Of a stretch of 64,000 nt of DNA, positions 1 to 14,800 are shown piece after piece; the stretch's first letter is position 1, and every line of letters begins with the position of its first letter. This DNA comes from Phoronis australis (taxonomy: Eukaryota; Animalia; Phoronida): NCBI GenBank assembly GCA_002633005.1, contig NMRA01000080.1, positions 150,133-214,132 of the forward strand. Direction: 5' to 3'. The position numbers were made by a program, and so were the translations under genes. The notes beneath the pieces were generated by a model, which saw nothing but the letters and a program-made list of their open reading frames with translations, was not told where the DNA came from and did not search any database.

Positions 1-2842
1 GTGTTCTCTACCCACTACAAGACTTCCTAAAACTGCTTTGATGGGTTAACATAGTATCACTTCTAAACTCCATTGGAACCACAACATCTAGCCTATTTAT
101 ATAGGAATGACATTTCGGTCGGTCATTTCTACGGCCCATCTTCAGGGGTCAAGGCGTTCTCGCAAGAACAAGTACACTCATGTCGGTCAACTAAGCACAC
201 TTAGGAACTGTATTTTTCTTGCTGCACCACGGTCCACCCACTAAAGGCAAATCAATAAGAACTATGAACAGAAAGCAATCGAAAGACCTGTGTTTGTTAG
301 AAGCGCAGAGTGTTAGTAAGAAGAAATGGGTTTTACAAGGTAAACATGATATCTAGGATTTCAGGGCTCAACATAATGAGCTGCAGGTTGCAGTTGCAAC
401 CTGAAATTTGGAAATGCGAGCTGAGATTTTGGCCAACTCGCTTTAGTTTTAGTGCGCGACATGGGAATCCAACCCGTGCAAGTTCTTTTACATCTTCCCC
501 CCTAAGCGGGTGAAAACCATTATTCTGAAAGTACCCCTAGAGCGCCAGTTAACTTAGTCGCCAAATGAAACCAGATAAAAACACTTGACTCGCCTGCCCT
601 TATTCAGCCCCCAATACTTTTAAGCGAGATGCAATTAGTAAGTGCGACTTAAACTCTAGAAATGCAACCTGGGATTTTCATCAGGCCACAAATGGCCGCC
701 ACCAGATTTTCGTAATTGTGTCCAGATCAGGACCTCAAATTAGGCAGATAATACAGCATAACTTATATGCCTGGCGGGACTGCAAGTTAAAACACTGCAC
801 AGTTTTTCGCAGCGCCATCTTTGAAAACTGTAAATTGTGGTCAATGTTTTGGGGTGGAACTCTCTTTTTTCGCTCTTCAACACGTCAAATAAGCAGCCCT
901 AATTACGCGTGATAATAAATGGACCAAATGGAATTCTATGATTGCTTTAAGAGGACTTCCCATCGGCAAGCTGATTTATTCGAGTTTAAAAATGATTGTA
1001 ACACGAAGCCCACAGACAACACGTTTTGCTAGGTCACTGCTGGCTACAACACAGTAATGTCACATATGTCGTCATCTTCAAAACCCACTCTGATGACGGT
1101 CAAAGGAACAGTCCAGAACACAACTGCACATATGGCAGTTGTTCTGAAAACGGCAAGCTCTGCAACTCTCACAGTGAAGGGGAAATCTAGCACTTTTGTC
1201 GTTATCGAAACTGAAACTATCCAACTACTACAAATTGACTACAAGCAATGAAAATTAAATATTATTAATACATTAAAGACTTGTTCAGCTTTTAAATTGA
1301 TTTAAGTTCTCCTGGCCATATCAACTTTAAGCACAAGAATTGTGAAATGACTTACGGTAAAAATTCTCGAATTTGGGACAGTCTCTAGAATTTGGGACAC
1401 GGAAACGCCAACAAAACTGAATTAAATTTCTGGATTCTAGAATTGGGGACAAGGGAAATTTCTTAAGTTGTGTTTTCAATCTATAGAGTGGGAAATTTTG
1501 CCATCTTTCTATCGATTCTTGAATTTAGGACGGCCAATATCTGGGACAAACTCCGACCTTCAGCAAAATAACTAATCATTCACTGTCCACCAAAGTGGAC
1601 AATTTTTATCATAGTCGTTCCCACAACTCTTATATAGGAACCAGACAAGAGGATTGTAAGACTGACTACCTCACTTCACTAGACACCCGGGTAATAATTG
1701 GCAACAAAACAGTACTAAACACACTGCAGATACCTGTCTCGAAAGTAACCAAGGATTCAAATTTGGAAAAACCAAAAACTGAAAGCGTCTGACATTCCTC
1801 TTTAAGACTTGCTGTCACACAAAATCTCACACCACTGCAAATAATCATGTCACTCTGGAGTTTGCTTCATAACATGTGACTGCATTTAAGACAGGAATTT
1901 GGTCTTATGTTACCGCTTCACAATCCCTGAATAAAGGTTTAGCTAAGTAATTATGAGCGGAGCACAGTCTAGAAATAATTTACAGAAATTAGATCTCCAG
2001 TAACTAGCAGTTATGCGTATATTCGCAGAGACTGCGCTTTCACTTCAGTGAGATTTAATCATTAATTTCAGAATTGGTTGTGTGGAGCGCAAGACCAAAT
2101 TTATGAAACAAGACCGCTGAATACAGGCACAACGTCCTTACCATTATACGGCTGCTCCACTATAGTCTGTTGCACTGCTCTGTTCTCCGAGTGGTTATTC
2201 TACAACAGTGATCACAGACATCTTTTTAATACACCTTAAGTGAAGTGACTTGAAACCCGAGACAGGAACTATTTCACATACAATCGAGTAATCTTCACAT
2301 CTTGTGTGACTCATACCAGCCTCTTCCAAAAATTACATAATAAAAATTATAATAACATCAAACAACTGAACCTTGTCTTCAAATTTCTTTCAATTACAGA
2401 TTAGGCCATCCTCAAAGTTGCCGCACCTGAGTATGGCAAAAAGACAAGGAAAATCAACTCCCCACAACTGCATATCCTTGCATTCTTTTATTAAAAATAA
2501 TCCCGGGAAATATAATCGGCGTCCCCAGAAAAGTGAAACATTGCCAGTAGAACGCCAATGGTCACAATGCATTAAAATTTTTGAGAACTCATAAAAATCT
2601 TGTGTGGTTTCAACTCCCAGAAAATTCAAAACCAACAAAAGATAGTAAAAAACAGATTCAGCAATTCAAAAAAATTTTTGATACAACTACGACTTAGTCA
2701 AAACCAGTCATAGGTACACTGGAGACGTGCTGGGATAAACTATGAATTGGTTTTATCCAAGTATTGATATTTTAAATTCATGTTTCCCATTAATCTAAGC
2801 TCCAGAGGCTTCAGTGAACCACAACACAAGGTCACTAACAGA

Positions 2843-5800
2843 CTATGGCTTCACCAGAGGAGCTGTGTGTAATGGCTCACGAGTCACCATCACTACATAT
2901 CTGCCAGCTACATCACTACATTCCTCCCTGACAAGACAACCAACCTGATACTGGACAGTGGAGCCATAGTTATGGTCTACGGGCGGTATGTTAACGGCAA
3001 CATTCTCTCGGAACTTGCTAATGCCATTCTTTCGATCATTCATCGCTGCTTCTTCTTCTGGTGTAACCACTTCTCGTAGTCCAAGAAGACTGTTTTAATT
3101 GTAAGTAACAAGTTATAGTCACTACAAATATCCCTTCTCCAGATGAAAGCGGTTCCCAAGATCAGATAAAAACATTAGTCTACTGTGAAGCATTCTCGCA
3201 ATCTTGTTAGAGCTTACAAATCATAAACTAAGTACTCCAGTTACATTGTCTCTCTGTTAACAAAAGAGAAATGATAACATTGTTTTTGACTAATATCTAT
3301 GGTTCTTCAAACAAAAACATTTCAGCATAACCTTTTGGGGAATTCAATTTCAAACTGATCGAAAAATCACTTGTTTTAATCCACGATAGTTTGATTTGTT
3401 TCAGCCCAGTATTTTATTGACCTGAAGTCATCACTAATGCGACAATTTCCCTGCTACGCACAAACGGAGGGAAATCGATGTTCTTGATATTGAAGAATTC
3501 TGTCTACCGCGATCTGTGTACAACTCTATTAACGAAGTAAACGCGGCCGTGGTACAGTCCGAGTTTCGAAAGAACGTTAGCAGTGGTGTTACCATATGAA
3601 AGACGGAACAACAAAAATTGCCAACTGAATTATATGGAGCGTGTAGCTTAGCAGGCAATCCTAAGCGAAAATATGTCAACAGGCCTGAACCAGCTTCTCA
3701 GCATCTTTATCACAATATAATTACACGAGTAAATTAAGGATAATCAAATCCTATGAATGAATTATCAAATTGTTAACATTTAATTGGAATTTTGTCTACT
3801 AGCGACTGCGTGCAATAACAGCAAACTAATCTCTTGACTGAAGTTTAACAACTCCCACAAAAGTTACACCTCGTTGCTACACGGTCCTGGTTCAAAGTGT
3901 GCCAAAATTTGGCAGATTGAGGAAGTCCGCTGTCTAGCTAATTATGAACCTGATGTATGTACATACTTAAATAGCTGACCAATTTGTTTTACCTCGGTGG
4001 TGACGGACCACAGATAACTTCCCCACAGTTGGAGAGGCAGGAACCCTTACTGAATGGGTTGTAGTTGTCCTGATTTCTCTTTTTGGAAAATGACCCCTTT
4101 ATCTACAATACAATGAAATGTAAAGTTATGAGTGTCCACCACAAGGTTTACTGCTGGTCAGTACATACAGAATAGGATGACAAGAGTTGACAAGAACACA
4201 AGGGTCCTCTTGAGTTCAGAACATGAATTCAACCGCATGCTTGAGTGTGGAGCTCTACCAAAAACTACATGAACGTAACCTATGCATTTTTCAGGTGGAC
4301 ACATAGTTTCATTAGACCCACCGAGTGAATTTTAGGTTCCTCATTACGCGTGCAAACTGCGATAATAGTCGGATATAAGCATACCCGCATTATGAGAACC
4401 AGTTTTCTCCACTGAATAACGAGCATCAAAGTGGTTCTCAAAATGTAGGCACATTATAGCCCACTATTGCCCACAGTGCTATAGAATAAGTTGTTGGGAG
4501 TGGTTTCAGTCGGAAACTGAGAATGCCAGTAGCCAAGTGAGTCGAGAATTTTGTAAACATTCAGATTAAGTAGACCATCAATGCTACTTTTGAAACACTG
4601 TTTTAAATATGTTTCGAGTCAGAAACTTTTTATAAAGCAGTCCAATCATCTGATACAGCCACAACCACTGATGAGACATCGCATCACTAGATGTGTGACC
4701 CAGAGATAACAATCATGCTCAAAGACGTACTAGTAAGATATAATACTTCATTACCTTAACGTTCTCGAGTACCGTAAAACCTTATGAAATTCGATCAAAA
4801 ACAATAATATTATTGTAAAAATGCTGCTTTTCACATTTCAAGGGATTCTAACACTCTCATGAATGTTCACAATTTTGTAATACTTGATTCAGTGGCAACT
4901 GTGGTGCAAAACTTGAATAGGGAAAAGCATTTAATTTGATGCTACATAATGTCTCCTAGAAAATATGACCAAATAAAATTTCATTTGTCGGCCATATTGT
5001 GACGTCATTGGTGACATTTTAAGGTAGTAAATAGATTCCATAACAATTTCATGTACGGCGTATTTGAAAGGAACAGCAAGTTGCTGTTCAGTATTATCAA
5101 TGACAAGTTGTTCAGATATCATAATTAACTGCAGCACATGACGATTACAGCGTGCCTGTGATCGCGATCTGTAAGTTCAAACAGTAATTGGTTAGAGATG
5201 GCAGACCAGGTAATCACTGGGCTGTGCACATAAAGAAATGACCCTCTCTTCAATATCCTTTAAATGAGGTTGAGAAAAGGAAGCTTCTCAATTACAGTCA
5301 TAGGGAATAAGGCTTCCACATGATAAACCAATAGCATACATTACTGGTATGATCGTTATACCAATAGCATACATTGATACTGGTATGATCGTTATACCAA
5401 TAGCATACATTTATACTGGTATGATCGTTATACCAATAACATCAGTAATTAACTACAAGATCCTTGACGCTATGTGTCCACTTCAAAAACAGACATTGAA
5501 ACAACAGATGTGAGCTTGAAATTCAATACCCGACCATAACTCCACCTCCAGCATATTTTGGCTGTATTTCAGACCAAACTCGAGCTAAAAGCCTTTAATG
5601 TTGTTCTTTAGTGCATGCATTAAGAATGTGTAATCCAAGTTTACATTTCATGACCTCAAATTAAAAACATGCAACCTCAAGTTAAATTTGGAGTTTCAGT
5701 CTTAGTGCCCAGCTTTATTAAGTGTAAACTTGAATTATGAACTCATCGGCAAATTAAGCCTATTGATTGAGAACAAAATAAAAAAAAACAAGAAAATATC

Positions 5801-8800
5801 AAACTCCGTCAGAATTAGCATTCGTGTTCGGCCTTGAGATTTCGCACCAAGTGGGTTTAACTCTACTTACGTCTTCATTGGTGGTCTGGTTTGACACGGA
5901 CAGATAAGTGTGAAAGCCTGCTAGTCCCACTATGGACCAGATAGAGAAGAAGCAGACGATTGCCTCAATTATAGTGAACAGAGTTAAGGAGATAACATAA
6001 ACACTGGATGCAAGGACCAATACGATAAGATTTAGCATTAGAACTACACAAGGTCATAGTGATTGGTGAGATGCAAGGACCAATATGACAAGATTTAGCA
6101 TTAGAACTACACAAGGTCATAGTGATTGGTGAGATGCAAGGACCAATACGATATGATTTAGTATTAGAACTACACAAGGTCACAGAGCTTGGTGAGATGC
6201 AAGGACCAATATGATAAGATTTACCATTAGAACTACATGAGGTCATAGTGCTTGGTGCTGAAGACTTGCATGAAACGATGCCAAATCAGTCATTCATGGG
6301 TATTTAATCAAAAAAGTTTATATGTGGAATACCAAGACACAGGAAAACATTTAATTCACCCAATCAATGTGGAGGTCATTACAAAAACAATGCTAAGCTT
6401 CTTTCAACTAGAGTTCGGTTTAATAAGGATTATGCTTCTCCCGTTGTCATCAGTGCCCATTATGTTGGAATTGTAGAATGAGGAAATTTCTGATTCTGAC
6501 ATTCAAAAAATTGCTGTAGGTGGTTATAAACCCGCCCTCCATCACAAATTTTTATTTCCCATTATGAAACAGTCACAAATTGGTCCTTAGTCAAAGTAGG
6601 CGTGATTTCTGGGCATAAAAAACTGAAAGCTTGTTATTGCTTGAGAACAGGCTCAAAAAGTTGTCATGTCACGGCATGTCATTTTATTTGTTGGATATCG
6701 ACGAATAACAAACTGTCAATGTCTTCTTGATAACATCTTATCTCAGAAAGGAACGAGTAAAACCAATGCCGTAGTGGTAAATGGTCTAAATAAAAATTTA
6801 GTTTCTTCGGTGGAATGCCAGTTCATTACCATTTAACAATTCAATATTTCGTGAAAGAATTTTTATTTAGAAACTTAAGGTTATGGCGGACATTCTTGAC
6901 AAGTCCGCACATTAGCCAAATATCAGCAAAACTATAAATTTTAACTCGGTATAAATATTTTCTTAAAGTAGAAAGCCTGTAGAGTATGATTTTTGACTTT
7001 TACCAATCTGCCAGTAATTGGGTAATGTGATCAAGCCCTTTTATTAATTAAATTTAGCAAAAAAGAAAGGTACATTGATAGCAAAAAAATGGTATCAATA
7101 ACATGATGAAATTTCATTTGATATAAATGTTCAAGTCAAGATGAGATCCTCCAAAACGCTGTTACAGTTTTCTAAAATATTGCCTTGTTTTTCTTTTATG
7201 CAACAATCGGAAACGTTCTAATTTTGATAGCCCCTCATGCAAAAGTGAGACATTTTAAAAATAATTCCTCTCAGTGTTTTTAGAGAACAATGCACAAAGC
7301 ATAGCATCTGAAAGTTTTGTATAAATCCCATCATCCCATTTCTCCGATATGATGTTCCAAAGTTAATCAAATTTGGACATTTTCCGAGTTTGATACTACA
7401 TCACCTAATGAGAAACTTCACGAAACAAATTGTGACCTACTAAGCTTACGAGAAAGGATTTTCCTCAGCAACACTCAGCAGTTGGCAGCATAGCTCTTGA
7501 GAAGCAAACAAACTGTTACCCGAAAAACATCAAACGTGCAATGATGAATGAATTCCAAGCTGAGTGGAATTAGCATTCTAAGGCGAATTGACCAGGACAT
7601 GAACTTTTAACGAAATACAATAATCCAAGCAGTTTCCTTGTTTCCTGTAATGAAGAGTGAACACATCTTGTCACTATCTGACAGGACTCGGGTTATTGCA
7701 AGTCAGCCATGTCACATGTAATGACATTAGCTGGCGACAATGCCATAAGTCTTAAAGCATTGACTATCTGTATGAAGAATTATTAGATAATGATATTATG
7801 AGCGGCATCGACAAGTCCAACTGGGAATGAAAGTCTGAGATCTCTGCAGCTTCATCATTCAGACCAATAAAATTTGCCAGATTGGGACAGAAATAGCCAC
7901 TAACATCCAGATGTTTCCTATTTTTCCAAGGGTTTAAAGATGTATTTGCATGCTTCTAACTATGCTAATGCAAAGCAGGAAATAAACGACAATGCTATTT
8001 GAACATCTTCAAAGTAATCTAAACAAAGTGCAGTTGTATTCACTGACGACGTGTAAATTTAAAAACAAAAAATTCTGCAAGTAGGGGACCTTTGCACTAA
8101 TGACAGGGCTCACATAACCCCAACCATGCAGTGTTATTCCCCAACACCATATCACAATACTTATTGAACACGGTTGAGTGACTTATGGCACATAATTCTC
8201 GACATAAAACTCATTCTTACAAAAAATTTAGTAATTTTCAACCTACTGCATATTCACATCGTCGCTATATGTTGTGTTTCTAATTAAATTGACCAAGCAA
8301 TCACAGAGATAAGGAATTAGCGTGCAAGTTCCAGTTTAATACATTATAGCAAGTACTCAAAACCTTTACCAAATGTCAGCAGTACTGTACAAACCATGAT
8401 AAACATGAACATTGTTGAGATATTTGACAAGCTGCCATTCATAGGCCTTTTTCCTACACTTCTGTGCTTTTAATGGCTATTGACACGCAAATAATGAGAA
8501 CAAACTAGACTCATCAAATCCACCTGAAGTAATGCTAAATGCTGGCCAGTCTTGTTTTCAAAATATCAGTTCATTCTGAATCATTATCAATTGTATATAC
8601 CTCTATGTATATAAGTTTCATTTATGAATTGTTTACAACCCAGATATAATGCTTCGCGGTTTCTGGGTTTGTTATTATTTCTTTGTATGTTCTGTGTATT
8701 CTTCAATAAATATATATCACAGTTATTATCAATTAGCAGAAAGGATATCTTGCCGGTGAATTCTTCATAGCATCAATAAAAGAATCCTTCTGGGAAACTG

Positions 8801-11800
8801 CAAATGCAAAATGAAAACATGATTGAGATGTAAACACGTGACTGAATGGCTGCATCATTGATTAATTACACTGACAAAGACATTTGTCTAATGACGCAAG
8901 AATAAAGCCTTTAACAGGTGAAGACATTTTGCTTGGAGCAAAAACGAAAACATAACTATCAAACAGTGTGGCGAGCCCTGAACCAGTATAACTAAATTCT
9001 AGAACACAAAGAAAGGATTGGTGATGACTCGTTTAGGACCAAGTCAAACTGATACCAACCAGACGTACAAAGTCGCATGATAAAACGAAACAAAATTTTT
9101 TACATAAAACTGAAACTCACAATAACCAACAAATACTGAAAACAAAATAGTTCCAAGTCAATAACAGCACACACACAATTACACCACATTCGAAGGATTT
9201 TCACTTTGCCCAAGCCAAACACGTTAAGGTTATCAAGGAACTTCATAAAGGACCTCAACTCTTAGTCAAATATTGAAAAAACTATGTCAACCATTAAAAG
9301 CATATAATATTTTATGAAAGGAGTAAAATTGAGGATTTTAAAAACATCCTTCTTACTACTGTGTCTTTATTATTGTCACCTGACCATGTTTTTAAGTCAA
9401 ATTTTCACGTGCAAGAAAGGTACACTCCTACCAAAATAACCACAGCCAATCTTAACAATTAAACTTTTTTACATGAAAACTTTACATTATGTCTCAAAAA
9501 CGCTGTTAGAAATTTTTCATTATTCACTTAGTTCGGGTTTTATGCCAAATTAACTCGCAAAACACAAGGTATTTTTGTAAAAGTCACTTAGTTCAGGTTT
9601 TATGCCAAATTAACTCGCAAAACACAGGGCATTTTTGTCAGAAAATTCCTTATCAGTATGAAAGGGCCTCAAGGAGTGAGCAAACAAAGGAAAGACATGT
9701 TGAGACCGTTTCAAGACAAGTGACTTAAAGAAAGAAGACTTAAGACATAAATTTGGTCTAGACTTACAGTTGCTGAATAAAGGATTAGCAACTGACAGTA
9801 ATTTTGAGTGCATCACAGTCTGAAACTAATTTATAGAAATTATCTCAGTACCAGTCACATGTACATTCTCGAAGATTTTGCACTCTTCCTCAAGTGAGAT
9901 TTAATATTTTTTCAACAGTGGTTGTGTGGAAAGTAACACCAAATTTGTGACTTACGTCTGAAACTACTTTTGTGAAACAGGTCCATAGCCTATATCAAAT
10001 CACGTTTACGCTTTCAAGACAAATGAGGATATACTTACGCAAGACAATATTGGTAACTGAACAGGCGAATATAAACATACAGTAGAGAGACAGTGAGACC
10101 AGAAAAAGATAGAAGTATCTGTAGTTCCTTTTGCCCACACAATTGCCGACCCATGGGCAGTGGTGGTCAAAGCGTTCTGGAAAAGATTGAAAAAAAAGCG
10201 GCATTAAACACACCTCGCGTCACAAAGACAACATTTGATTTGGACAACTAACTTACCATCGTTACATCGGTCTCAAACTGCTCCTCAGTCAAAATGAGAT
10301 TTATGTACTTGGAAAGAATTGAAAATTTGTTATTGCTTGAGATCCGCTTCTACAAGTACGGGACTTTTGATGGCGTATCATTTTATTCGTCGTGCAGTCT
10401 CGAGCAATCAAAAACTGTCAGTCCTTTTAACCCAAATATAACGTCTCATCTGAGAGAGGAAAAATTTATCGCGGCAATGGGTCTAAATCAAAAATTAGTT
10501 TCTGCGATGAAACACATTCCGCTCAGGGTGTGAAATTTTTCATGCACAAGCTGTGGTAACTTTACCACGTACCAACACATTACGAGTACAGAGTGTCTCA
10601 CGTAGAGTGTTTACATTTCAGCTTCCTGTTTGATTTCTAGCAGTGATAAGTGTTAAGTGGAATGTGCTTGTCGAGTTGTCCACAACATGTTTTGACTTCT
10701 CACTGCATTGTGTGAATTTTGCCTTGCCGAGTTTGACTTACTTGTGTCAAGTTTGAAAACCTATGCAATGAGTTTGAAGTATTGAGAGATTGGTCATTTA
10801 TTAAGCAAATCAGGACATTTTGAACTTTTGATACCAGTTCAATACATTTATTCCAAGACTTAACACGCAAACTTCCTACAGTATAGACATGGACTTTTGA
10901 ACAGTCCACGCACATGAAATTCCCGTCTAGTTTGATTATCTTTTGTGGAGAACAATGGCCTGTGCATTCGGATTTTTCATCATTTAATTAAGAAATCGGG
11001 CACTAGCATCTTAATTGGCCTATCCTAGTGAAGTGACTTCCATGCCTGTGCAAAATGGGTGCGATTGCAGCCGCTCCAATACATATAATGTACAGCTTGT
11101 GACAGCAACAATGAGTAGCCTTGGCCTGATAACATTATTCGTTCCCCTTCACAATTGGTAAGTTTTTATTTTTTCACATTCTATAGGCAGGGTGTGCTCA
11201 TATTAGTTGCCACAAAAATGCTGTATTTGTCACTCAACATCATAGAAAAGAAATAATTTGGTAGTGCACATCTTCTATGAGAAAATGAAAAAATAACACT
11301 TCACTGGTCTGCCACAGTCTGTCCTATTGGGCCAGATTTTACCAATTTAGGACACAATATGGCAGACAAGTGAAACAATTTTGTTCACTTCTTCCATCAA
11401 AGATGTGCACCATTAAGCTGGGTACCACAGCTGCCACCAGACAACATTTTGAAAATTTTTGGACATTCACAACAACGCTAGAACCCCTTGAAAAACTGAG
11501 AAATGACATTTTGACGATAATTTTTATCCGAAATTGGTGAGATTTTACGCTGTGTAATCAAATATCCATTAGCTGGTGGACACAATCTTAATTCAAATAT
11601 ATGCCTAATACTGTGCAGAAAACAACACCTAACAGTTCAGTAAATTAAAAAAAAAAAACCAGTCACTGTGACATTTATGGCTACTGTTAGTGCACAGGGG
11701 GTTTAAATTAAAAAAACTGAAATTATATTAGGTGGTGGACACGAGACTCTTTTCATCACAAACTGGGATATTCTTGAGGAAAAATGGTGAAAATCCAAGC

Positions 11801-14800
11801 GCGAATGCTTATCTGAAAATGGACATTTAACACAAACAAATATATAAAAGGTAGTAATCAAACTAAATTCCAGTTTTCAACCAGAGCTCATTGTACATCA
11901 TTGTTTTCGCAAATAAGGTGAGAGTGAGTTTGGCAGAACAATTCCAGGTTGTATCAAGGGAGAGCAATGCAATGCCTGAGGCCCAATGTTTCAAATTGGC
12001 ACATGGTACTAAGCATGGCATTTTGCCCCAAACAAATTTTGCCTCATAAACAGTTAAATACTAGGCCTGCAGGGTGAGATAAGTTCAACACACAAAAGAG
12101 TTTTATTTTTGGTAAAGTACTTCAATGCCCTGAAATGCAACAGCTGTTTGTTAAACGATTCACTTGCACTTATAATTTATGGTCGGTGTAACGGTATTCA
12201 CTGGGATCAAACCCTCAGCCCAACATCTGGTTCATGCCGACCTGGCAACAAAAACAGTGTCTATTAATAAATCAGACCGATATTCTGAGACATGGCTTGG
12301 AGCACTGTTTGAAGTGGAATCATTTGATTGCAAACAGGACTTTGCCGATGCATACTCATATCTTCATGGTTGCCTACCAAGAATCAATAAGTTGATGCTG
12401 TCTATGTGAAAGATGTAATATTTTCTTTAAAGGAGAATGTCACCCGATTTAATTAGTCTTTTTTGCCGTCTCAATCGGTCAATATCCACATCGCCTCGCA
12501 TACGGTCGGCCTTACCTTGCCAAGAGGTGTCGCGTTAACCTGTGAGTAAGGTGAGAAACGACGCTAGCGACGCCAGTGGTTCATATGCAGAGTGAGTGCA
12601 GCTGTGTTGCGGTGCATCGTTCCCGCTTGTCCGAACTAAGCAGCTGCGAGGAAAGCGGGTATATCGTTTTTTTTTTTACTTCCTCGAGAGTCCGAAATAC
12701 TAAGGAAGTGGCTCATGGTAGTGAAGAATGAAATACACGCTGAAAATAGCAAACATGAGGCCGTGAAACATCTCCGTGTCTGTGGCCTGCAGACGTCGAT
12801 AGTGCCTGACGAATGCCGGCTTACCAAATAACTCCATACGTTCCGTTGTCTGAGCTTGTTCACGGCGCCTCTCTATTATTTCTTCATCACTGTATTCCTG
12901 TTCGAATTGATAGTCTGTAAAACTTAACGATCCACCTGCGAAGTCGGTACTGATGAGCTCTAGCTCGTCCTAAGACGGGATTGCGAGTTGCCATATGTTG
13001 GCGTTTATTACTGAGCGTTCTGTTTTAAAATGAATTATTCTCACCCTAACCAATACTTATATAAAACTGAAACAAATTCTGTCTCATTAGATGCAATTTG
13101 TAATGCCTTTGGAGTGTTCGTGAGTGCAAATGATTTGAGAAGTCAGCAATGAATAAATCACTGCATTACCGGCTTTAGGTGCAATAAAACTAATTGACGG
13201 GACACCTAGGCCGTGTGAGCTCGTGCTAATTTAGTGTTTGCTGGCAAAAACTGTTGTGAAACAACTCGATTTCCATCCCACGGCCAGGTGTAAGGGGAAT
13301 CTTTAATTGCATTTACATTACTCAAATAATTATTGTCAATGTACAACTTCTGCTCTGACGGTGCTGTGGCAAAGCGGAACCTGAATAGTAAGTAGATTTG
13401 CTGTTTCGTGGCTAATTCACCAACATAATCAGGTGCACATTACTTTGGCTCACTAGTATGGTATTTTCTTGACTGGAAGTTTAGTTTCCAATGAACTTTG
13501 GATGGTTTATGTTCGTGATGTCGAATCAGTTTCCCGAGCGACTGGCGGGGATAACGCCGAGTCAATCAGGCCGGCCGCGACGGGCCTGACCGTGCTCCGA
13601 GCCACTGGCCAGGCTAACAAGCATTTGGTGTTTAGAACTCAAAAAATCTCAAGTGTAAACAACACAGGTCTAGGTTCTCCTGTCTGTATCTCAAGGAAAA
13701 TACTTCAAATTTAGCTCCAAACAGACCCCAAACTCCTGCTACGGACCTTATTGGCCTGCCGAACTTTGTAGGCTACGGTGTGTCCAAATACCAATAAATC
13801 CGTAAGAGCGAAATAAAACAACACGTTTTATAAGAACTCGGTGTATTTTTAAGGGTTTTACATCGAAGTTTGATGATTTATTGGTGTTAAACGATGACTT
13901 CAAGCGATAAGCTGACACCACTAACCCGTGTTGTGANCAAAACAGCACATCATCTCCAGTGTTTTCCATATCTTTTCCTCAGCACAGAAAATTCTCAATA
14001 GATATCACGTCACTTCTTCCATGCAGAAAAACGTAGCTCAAGCCAAAGTTTATTTGCCAAATGACGTCGTATGGAGGTCACAAGGTATTGTAATTTAATT
14101 TGCGAGATCCATGCGGCAAGCGTAAGCGCGTCGCACGGTTTTCGCCTATGGGACCCTACCATTGTTTTTCTATGTTGCGTCTTTGTTGGACATAACAATA
14201 CAGGTCGCATGGATATCGGATCTTGGGCGTACATCAGCCCGTTACCGATAAATAAGAAAAACAATGGATACGCCTATCTATTGATATCTATGTGACGTGC
14301 TGGCGACCTAGTTTCCCGTGGGTAGCAGCAACTAAGGGAAAAAACTCAGCATTTAAGGATTTTTTTACTTTTTACTTTTTACATTCCCGCAACTGATCAA
14401 TTAGCCCTACAATAGTTAGCAGCATGTGACACAAACCTTCCATTTTCTTGATGAAATGACATGCAGAAAACAGGATGCCAAAAATGACATCATACATTCC
14501 ACATTTCATCATGGAAACATCGGCTACTAAATTTTATTACCACCTTTCATCAGTATCCAATAAAATAACTGGAAATTCCCCGTCACGATGGCAGAGGCCC
14601 GGCGGAATTCACCCCACTGTGATAGTCAAGTGAAAGTGGAATTCATCTCCATAGTAACCAAAATGATGAGTCAAGATGGTAATTACCCACTAATTACAGG
14701 AAAGCAATTTTTTCTGATTACAGCATCCATGGATACATAGTTCCACCTACACTGAAAACAGCCCACTCACCCACGCAGTTGTCGCAGACACTACAGTGAG

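Noticed and set aside
1057-1251. 64 aa ORF or additional ZDHHC exon
   Set aside because: No recognisable motif on either strand; consistent with chance.
5965-6246. Cys-rich repetitive 93 aa ORF
   Set aside because: Translation of a 63 bp intronic minisatellite.
5328-6258. CRISPR-like arrays
   Set aside because: Units are contiguous with no unique spacers, the context is a eukaryotic intron, and no cas genes are present.
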